Shown here: one piece after another, positions 57,666-64,000 of the stretch
Layout: each line of letters opens with the position of its first letter
Position numbering within the stretch: position 1 is the first letter of the stretch
Position numbers and translations under genes: made by a program
Notes under the pieces: model-generated
The model's input: only the letters and a program-made list of their open reading frames with translations
The model's database searches: none
Told to the model about the DNA's origin: nothing
Assembly (NCBI GenBank): GCA_963664705.1
Contig: OY761556.1
Span: 5,920,001 to 5,984,000, forward strand
Direction: 5' to 3'
DNA: 64,000 nucleotides
Source: Acidobacteriota bacterium
GTDB taxonomy: Bacteria; Acidobacteriota; UBA6911

Positions 57666-58103
57666 ATGGCCAATACCAGATTTGGAAAATATTTCGTCAC
57701 TGATGTGCTTCACGAAAGTCCCAAATTCCCCGGGTTGTGGGATGCATCTTCAACTCGCCACCTGAAGGGTTTCGGCGGAGGGCATCTTTCCGTCGATTCG
57801 ATCTTCATTACCCAGGCGTTTACGATGGTCAGCCAGCCGCATACGCACGAATTCCCCCAGTACCTCCACTTCTACTCCGCAAATCCCAATGACCAGAGGG
57901 ATTTTGATGCTGAGATTGAGCTGACCTTGGGCGAGGATGCAACGAACGGGGAGAAACATATCATTACCCGACCGACAGCGCTTTATATCCCCGCCGGCGT
58001 GTACCACGGTCCGCTGGTTTTCAAGGTGATCAACAAGCCCGTACTTTTCGTGGATATCGCGGTCAGCGGCGACTACAAGCGCGTTGGCGATACCCCGGAT
58101 TAG
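57666..58103 (+). CDS. Cupin-like hypothetical protein
   Basis: PHTHEFPQ, YIPAGVYHGPL; AAGGAG RBS. Confidence 0.78.
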   Translation: MANTRFGKYFVTDVLHESPKFPGLWDASSTRHLKGFGGGHLSVDSIFITQAFTMVSQPHTHEFPQYLHFYSANPNDQRDFDAEIELTLGEDATNGEKHIITRPTALYIPAGVYHGPLVFKVINKPVLFVDIAVSGDYKRVGDTPD

Positions 58104-58181
58104 GGTGCAGGCTGTACGATGACTTAGCTTGGACTCAAGCTCGGTCTGGTGTCCGGATGTGTCCGGCTGGAGGCATAGTTC

Positions 58182-59528
58182 ATGCGCAAAGAATACTGGT
58201 GTATCACGGCTCTGCTTTTGGCTGGCATCCTGGGGTGCTTCAGTCCCTTTGGCCATTCCACACAACCCAGCCAAGATCAGGCTGCCGATACCGCATTATC
58301 CGCGCAGATCGAAAGCCGTGCCGCGGCGGTAGAGCGTAAGGCGATATCATGGCGGAGGGATTTTCACGAGCACCCGGAGCTTTCCAACCGTGAAGTGAGA
58401 ACATCCGGGATCGTGGCGGATCATCTGCGGAGCCTCGGAATGGACGTTCGAACCGGCGTTGCCCACACCGGGGTCATCGGACTTCTGCGCGGCGGCAAGC
58501 CCGGACCGGTGGTGGCCCTCAGGGCGGATATGGATGCGCTGCCGGTTGTTGAAGAGGTGGAGCTGCCGTTTGCCTCGAAAGTAAGAGCGACTTACAATGG
58601 CCGCGACGTTGGAGTCATGCACGCCTGCGGGCATGACATGCATACCGCTATTCTGATGGGAGCGGCGGAAGTCCTGGCGGGTATCCGGGCCGATCTGCCC
58701 GGAACAGTGAAATTTATCTTTCAGCCGGCGGAAGAAGGCGCTCCTGCCGGAGAAGAGGGCGGCGCCAGCGTGATGATTCGTGAAGGGGCGCTCGAGAATC
58801 CCCGTCCAGCCGCTATCTTCGGACTTCACGTTTTTCCCTTTCCCGTTGGCCAGATTTCCTGTCGTCCAGGCGGAGTGATGGCAGGTTCGGATTCCTTGAA
58901 AATCACCGTTCGCGGACGCCAGTCCCATGGAGCAACGCCGTGGGCAGGAGTGGATCCGATCGTGACCGCTTCCCAGGTTATCCTTGGCCTGCAGACGATC
59001 GTAAGCCGTAGAACAGATCTGACTCGTTCCCCAGCCGTTATCACCATCGGCAGCCTGCATGGCGGGGTACGGTCCAATATCATTCCGGACCTGGTTGAAA
59101 TGGAAGGTACAATCCGAACGTTCGATCCCGAGATTCAGACGGGCATTCACGAGGAGATTCGGCGTACCGCACAAATGATTGCACAAGGTAACGGCGCTTC
59201 GGCGGAGGTGACTATCCAGAAGCAGAATCCGGTGACTTTTAACGATCCTGATCTGACCGAGCGAATTCTTCCGACGTTGAGACGCATCGTCGGGGCAGGC
59301 AATCTGAAGCAAACGCCGCCTACTACAGCCTCTGAAGATGTTTCCTATTACCTGAAGGAAATCCCCGGCGTGTATTTCTCTCTCGGAGTGACGCCAAAGG
59401 GCACCGACCCCGCCCAGGCCGCACCGAACCACTCTCCGCGGTTTTTTGCGGATGAAAGTGCCGTGGCCGTTGGAATAAAAGCATTGGCAAATGTAGCGGC
59501 CGATTTTTTGCGGCGGCCTGGGAGATAG
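58182..59528 (+). CDS. M20D family amidohydrolase, exported
   Basis: HEHPELSNRE, LRADMDALP, MHACGHD, FQPAEEG, SED, NHSP. Confidence 0.94.
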   Translation: MRKEYWCITALLLAGILGCFSPFGHSTQPSQDQAADTALSAQIESRAAAVERKAISWRRDFHEHPELSNREVRTSGIVADHLRSLGMDVRTGVAHTGVIGLLRGGKPGPVVALRADMDALPVVEEVELPFASKVRATYNGRDVGVMHACGHDMHTAILMGAAEVLAGIRADLPGTVKFIFQPAEEGAPAGEEGGASVMIREGALENPRPAAIFGLHVFPFPVGQISCRPGGVMAGSDSLKITVRGRQSHGATPWAGVDPIVTASQVILGLQTIVSRRTDLTRSPAVITIGSLHGGVRSNIIPDLVEMEGTIRTFDPEIQTGIHEEIRRTAQMIAQGNGASAEVTIQKQNPVTFNDPDLTERILPTLRRIVGAGNLKQTPPTTASEDVSYYLKEIPGVYFSLGVTPKGTDPAQAAPNHSPRFFADESAVAVGIKALANVAADFLRRPGR

Positions 59529-59710
59529 TGCGGAGTTTGCGGTGTATTCACCGATTGCGCCGCCCGGGTTTTTATGATGCTGCGGATCCACAGCTCTTTT
59601 GTGCAACATATTGCTGCGAAATGTACAATGACTACGCAAAAAGCCGCCTTTGGTAGTACAATCCCCCTCATCATCTGAACGAAAGAACTCCAAAAACGTG
59701 AGGCGACAAT

Positions 59711-61966
59711 ATGGCAGATATTGATGGCAGCAATGGGCAGAGAACCGAATTCAAGGCCGTTGGCCGGGCCAATGTGCCCGGTAAACTGTCCTACTCGATA
59801 GCTTCAGGAAGGGCTAAATTCGGCAGCGATTGCGTCGTGCCCGACATGCTCTTTGCCAAATTTCTCAGAAATCCCCATGGCCGCGCAAAGATCAAAAGCA
59901 TGGATATCAGCAAAGCCAAGGCTCTGGAGGGTGTGGTCGATATTGTCACCTGGGATGATCCGGATATTCTGAATATGAAAGGGACGCGTGAGCCCCTTAT
60001 TCCGGATGAATCCGATACTGAAAACGAAGAGATCGGTGCATGTGTTGTGGCGGTCACTCCCGAAATCTGCGATGAGGCCTTGAAGCAAATCAAGGTAGAT
60101 TGGGAAGTATTTCCAACGGTCGTGGATCCGCGGGACAGCATGAAGACCGGTGGAGTTTTCGTTCGCGTTGATCCGAAAGACATGAAGGGAAATTTTGCCA
60201 CCGGAGATGTTGAAGCCGGATTCAAGGAGGCGGATCAGATCGCGGAATTCGATTGGGCTCAATCCCTCATGGCTTCGCACATTCCAAATCCAAATGGAAG
60301 CGTAGCCTGGTGGGCACAGGATCCATTGGGGATCGAGGGACCGGCTCTGTATATCGAGGGGGTGTTCCCTACCTGGGGCGCTTATCAACTGCGTCCGATG
60401 TATAACGTCAATTTCGATAAGCTCTATCGCGGCACCACATTTCAGGGGGGCAAATATTGCGACTGGATGTTCCGCCGCGCTTCTCTGATCACGCCATTGC
60501 TGGCCAGGAGAGCCGGACGCCCCGTTCGCTGCATGAATACGCGGCAGGATGATTTTTATACTTCAAATCCGCAGCGATACAGCCACGTCAAGTTCGGGTT
60601 CAAAAAGGATGGAACGATTACGGCTGTTCATGAATCCACGGTCAGCGATTCGGGAGCTCCCGGCAAGGGGGCGCGTGGCGGTGGTTTCGGAGCGTTCGAA
60701 GCCAGGTACAGTCCCTTCAATACAACCCGGTGCGTGAATCTGAAGAGCGAGTCACTCGGCGCTTATACCAGCTCGGGCAAAGTGACCGGCAGTCAGACCT
60801 CGCCCTATAACTGGGATGCCATGACCATTGCGGAACAGATTATCGCTGAAAAGCTTGGCATGGATGTGACCGACGTGGCGCTGAAGAACGTTCACGGTCC
60901 TGCCTCCCAGGCAGATCCCGGAGTTCCTCCCGGCCTGGCGGAATGTATTGAAAAAGGGAAGAAGGCCATGAACTGGAAGTGGCATTCCGCCGGGGCCAAA
61001 AAGCTTCCGGACGGCAGGATGCACGGGCTGAGTTTCCGATACGCTCAATCGCCGCGTCATGCCATGCAGCCCTACACAGCGACCGTGACCATCCAAGGGG
61101 ACAATAAAGTATACGTGCCGCTCAAGGGTCCCTGGATCGGTGTGTATGCCGCGGATGCCTGCGCTCTGGTCGTTGCAGAGGAAATGGGTGCAAAAGTCGA
61201 AGACGTGATTCTACTTTACGACAATAAGGCTCTCTTTACCCCGGTTGGCGGAGGAAGCGACGGAACGACTGCATCGGCCTGGGTGATGAAAGAAGCCGCA
61301 GTGGCCTGCAAGAAAGCGCTTTTGGATCTGGCGGCAACCAGGCTCAAATGCAAGCCGGGAGATCTGGAAACAAGAGATACAATGGTTTTTCGCAAGTCGG
61401 ATCCAGGCAAGGGGACTCCGTTTGGGCAGTTCATTGCCGACGAAGGGTTCAGTGATCATGATCTCGATATCGCGGCGACCTACTTCGGGCGGCCGCCGGA
61501 AACGACGTGGTCCAAAGGCGGACACATCCTTGATGTGATGAATGCCAGTTTCTGCGAAGTCGCGGTTGATACGGAAACCGGCGGTGTTGAAGTGACCAAG
61601 TTTGTGGTTGCCTGCGATCCGGGGAAGGTGCTGAGGATGACGTCGTTTGAGGGGCAGTTGCACCAGGCGATGTTCTTCAGCCAGGGCGGCGGTTTATCGG
61701 AGGAGTGGATTTACGACAAGGCTACGGGCGTAAAACTCAGCACGAACATGTTTGAGTATAAAAAGCCCACCATCCTGGATTTCGGAGCGATCGACACATG
61801 CGCGGTCGAGTCCCGGTCAGGAAATGCCTGCTATGGTGCGTCCGGCATCAGCCACTGCATGGCGGCTCCACTGCTTCCGGTTTGCGCCGTGGCCAATGCG
61901 ATAGGGAAGTGGATTCAGCCTCCAGTAACTCCGGATAAGGTGCTCCGGGCACTCGGTAAGGCATAG
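59711..61966 (+). CDS. Xanthine dehydrogenase/aldehyde oxidoreductase family molybdopterin-binding large subunit (divergent)
   Basis: N-terminal a/b hammerhead (RNPHGRAKIKSMDISKAKALEGV), EVAVDTETG, DPGKV, AVANAIG, PVTPDKVL. Confidence 0.9.
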   Translation: MADIDGSNGQRTEFKAVGRANVPGKLSYSIASGRAKFGSDCVVPDMLFAKFLRNPHGRAKIKSMDISKAKALEGVVDIVTWDDPDILNMKGTREPLIPDESDTENEEIGACVVAVTPEICDEALKQIKVDWEVFPTVVDPRDSMKTGGVFVRVDPKDMKGNFATGDVEAGFKEADQIAEFDWAQSLMASHIPNPNGSVAWWAQDPLGIEGPALYIEGVFPTWGAYQLRPMYNVNFDKLYRGTTFQGGKYCDWMFRRASLITPLLARRAGRPVRCMNTRQDDFYTSNPQRYSHVKFGFKKDGTITAVHESTVSDSGAPGKGARGGGFGAFEARYSPFNTTRCVNLKSESLGAYTSSGKVTGSQTSPYNWDAMTIAEQIIAEKLGMDVTDVALKNVHGPASQADPGVPPGLAECIEKGKKAMNWKWHSAGAKKLPDGRMHGLSFRYAQSPRHAMQPYTATVTIQGDNKVYVPLKGPWIGVYAADACALVVAEEMGAKVEDVILLYDNKALFTPVGGGSDGTTASAWVMKEAAVACKKALLDLAATRLKCKPGDLETRDTMVFRKSDPGKGTPFGQFIADEGFSDHDLDIAATYFGRPPETTWSKGGHILDVMNASFCEVAVDTETGGVEVTKFVVACDPGKVLRMTSFEGQLHQAMFFSQGGGLSEEWIYDKATGVKLSTNMFEYKKPTILDFGAIDTCAVESRSGNACYGASGISHCMAAPLLPVCAVANAIGKWIQPPVTPDKVLRALGKA

Positions 61967-61980
61967 CATTGACTAAAGGA

Positions 61981-62025
61981 TTCGTGAGATCCGCGGCGGA
62001 AAAGTCCTGCCGCGGATCTCACGAA
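61981..62025. terminator. Hairpin between convergent genes (probable bidirectional terminator)
   Basis: TTCGTGAGATCCGCGGC / GCCGCGGATCTCACGAA 17-bp perfect inverted repeat. Confidence 0.7.
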
Positions 62026-62635
62026 CTCCAAAGCTGTGTCGGCGTGACATGCTTTTCCCTGGCAGGGAAGAGTTTTTCGAATTCAGCAAGTTCCTCGGCT
62101 TTTATGTGGTAGACCTCATCTTCAAAAAAGCATCCCGCAACCCCGCGGAGGCGGCCCGGTGCCAGTTCCACTCCCATGAAATGGTCGTAGCTTTTCCCGT
62201 CCGATGCCAGGATGCCAAAATGTTCTGCATTTCTAAATCCGAACCGAGGGTAGTAGGCAGGGCTTCCCATCAGAAACACGCCGCGAAATCCCAGCTCCTT
62301 GCGCGCGACAGGCTCTCGAGGATAAGGCGTCCTCCAATCCCCTGTCTCTGATAATTGGGATGGACCGTTACGGGCCCCAGGCAGAGTAGCTCGAATTCGA
62401 GCCCCTCATTTCCTTGCACGCGCGCTCGTGAATACATGATGTTGCCGACAAGAAGATCTCCGCTGCAGGCGACCAGGTCCAGATCTGCAACAAAAGCCGA
62501 AGAATTTCTGAGCTTATGCACTACGAGGTGCTCATCGCAACCCGGTTTATAAATATCCCAGAAGGCGTCGCGAGTAAGAATCTCGATTTCCCGGTAGTCT
62601 TCAGGTTTCTCCGGGCGGATGATAATGGCTGTCAT
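62019..62635 (-). pseudogene. YhbS-like GNAT acetyltransferase split by a frameshift near 62298
   Basis: Frame 1 ends ...LSRARSWDF; restoring one base gives ...RARELGFRGVFLMGSPAYYPRFGF, continuing into ORF 62019..62279. Confidence 0.8.
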
Positions 62636-62700
62636 TTAATACTCCTGTTTGCGACACTGCCTCTACCGGGAAGCGCCGCCGTCCCGCCTAATGTCCCATG

Positions 62701-62780
62701 GTATTTGCAGAATTTCAGATTCCAGACTCCAGATTTCAGATTCCAGGCCAAGACCGGGGAGTACTCACTGGGCACGCCGC
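62701..62780 (+). repeat. Dispersed ~94-bp family repeat
   Basis: GTATTTGCAGAATTTCAGATTCCAG...AGACCGGGGAGTACTCACTGGG matches the 49264 and 53574 units. Confidence 0.8.
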
Positions 62781-62803
62781 CGGTCGGTTCCGGTGGGCCC
62801 GAC

Positions 62804-64000
62804 TTATTTCACTTTGAGCACTTCCTGTAATTTACCGGCAAGCTCTCTGGAGTTATAGGGTTTTTGCAGGAAATGGACGCCTGGATCCAAAATTCCCTGG
62901 TGCGCAATCACATTTGCCGTGTACCCGGAAATAAAGAGCCTCTTAATGGCGGGATGAAGCGTCATCACATTGTCTGCAAGTTCGCGACCATTCATTTCGG
63001 GCATGACCATATCAGTAACCAGCACATGGATATCTCCGTCATATTTCTTTGCGAGCTGGATGGCTTCGATCGGCGAGTGGGCAGGCAATACAGAATAGCC
63101 CTGCTGTTCCAGCATGCGTGTAGTTAATCGCAGGATAGCCGGCTCGTCTTCGACAAGAAGGATGGTCTGATTGTTGCCGCGTGCCGGATTGGGCAAGGCT
63201 TCCGCAGGCTCCAGTTGCTTCTCGGAATGCCGTGGCAGGTAGATGAAAAATGCCGTTCCTTGACCGCTTTCGCTATGGACATCAATGTAGCCATGGTTTT
63301 GTTTGACAATGCCGTAGGTGGTTGCCAGGCCAAGCCCCGTTCCAACCCCGATCTTCTTTGTGGTGAAGAAAGGTTCGAAAATCTGACTGAGCGATTCGGA
63401 ATCAATACCACTGCCGTTATCGCGAACGATGAGCCGGACATAGTCACCGGCAAACGATCCGGGATGGGTGGATGTGAATTCCAAGTCAAGGCTGACGTTA
63501 TCGGTTTCCAGCGTGATCCTGCCCGGCCCGACGATGGCATCTCTTGAATTGACAAAGAGATTCGCGAGAACCTGGTCAAGTTGTGACGGATCGATCTTGA
63601 TGGGCCACAGATTTTTGCCCGGCGCCCAGTCCAGGACGATATTTTCGCCGATCAGTCTTTCCAGCATTCGGAGCATGCCCGAAATGGTTTCGTTCAGGTT
63701 CAGAACTCTCGGTTGAATCGTCTGCTTTCGGGCAAAAGCCAGGAGTTGTCGGGTAAGGTCCGCTGAGCGTTTGCCTGCCTTCAGAATCTCGCTTAGATCC
63801 GCATATAGAGGGTGACTGGGATCCAGTTCGTCCAGAACCATCTCCGCGTGTCCCATGATCACGCCGAGCATGTTGTTGAAATCATGGGCGACTCCGCCGG
63901 CCAGCCGGCCGACCGATTCCATCTTTTGTGCCTGCAGAAGCTGGGCGGCCAGTTTTGCCTTGTCTTCCTCCGCCCGTTTGCGTTCCGTGATATCGCGCGC
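62804..64000 (-). CDS. Hybrid histidine kinase/response regulator, C-terminal part (truncated by window end)
   Basis: AGGVAHDFNN, GTGLGL, receiver LLVEDE...TDMVMP...QKPY. Confidence 0.93.
   Translation of the reverse strand, partial: ARDITERKRAEEDKAKLAAQLLQAQKMESVGRLAGGVAHDFNNMLGVIMGHAEMVLDELDPSHPLYADLSEILKAGKRSADLTRQLLAFARKQTIQPRVLNLNETISGMLRMLERLIGENIVLDWAPGKNLWPIKIDPSQLDQVLANLFVNSRDAIVGPGRITLETDNVSLDLEFTSTHPGSFAGDYVRLIVRDNGSGIDSESLSQIFEPFFTTKKIGVGTGLGLATTYGIVKQNHGYIDVHSESGQGTAFFIYLPRHSEKQLEPAEALPNPARGNNQTILLVEDEPAILRLTTRMLEQQGYSVLPAHSPIEAIQLAKKYDGDIHVLVTDMVMPEMNGRELADNVMTLHPAIKRLFISGYTANVIAHQGILDPGVHFLQKPYNSRELAGKLQEVLKVK

Noticed and set aside
1560-59693. Long antisense ORFs (e.g. 1560..2696, 13229..14623, 15654..17051, 27583..29040, 47063..48292, 58347..59693)
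   Set aside because: Shadow frames opposite well-supported genes, with no recognisable motifs.

Overview
Bacterial genomic window of moderate GC, probably from an anaerobic Acidobacteriota-like organism (inferred from gene content and repeat types, not proven). It is dominated by PAS/GAF hybrid histidine kinases, hydrolases and small secreted proteins. No rRNA, tRNA, CRISPR array or intact transposase was recognised. The standout feature is a complete RiPP cluster (26257-35964). It has an NHLM-type export module (short adaptor, C39 peptidase-ABC, second ABC, cNMP-binding protein), an unannotated 53-aa double-glycine precursor whose 14-aa core IEIIRNVTCRITRR contains an N-x-x-C motif, a radical SAM/Twitch-SPASM enzyme, and a B12-binding-type radical SAM with an unusual Cx15Cx2C motif. 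This suggests a new thioether-bridged, C-methylated peptide. A second oddity is a 389/390/389-bp tandem triplication (9678-10880). Each unit holds an inverted-repeat-flanked mini-ORF that resembles the fused N- and C-termini of a GxxExxY protein. Also present: several dispersed REP-like repeat families, sigma54 promoters flanking an HK/NtrC pair, a GT4-isomerase-radical SAM operon, an orphan divergent molybdoenzyme large subunit and two disrupted genes.
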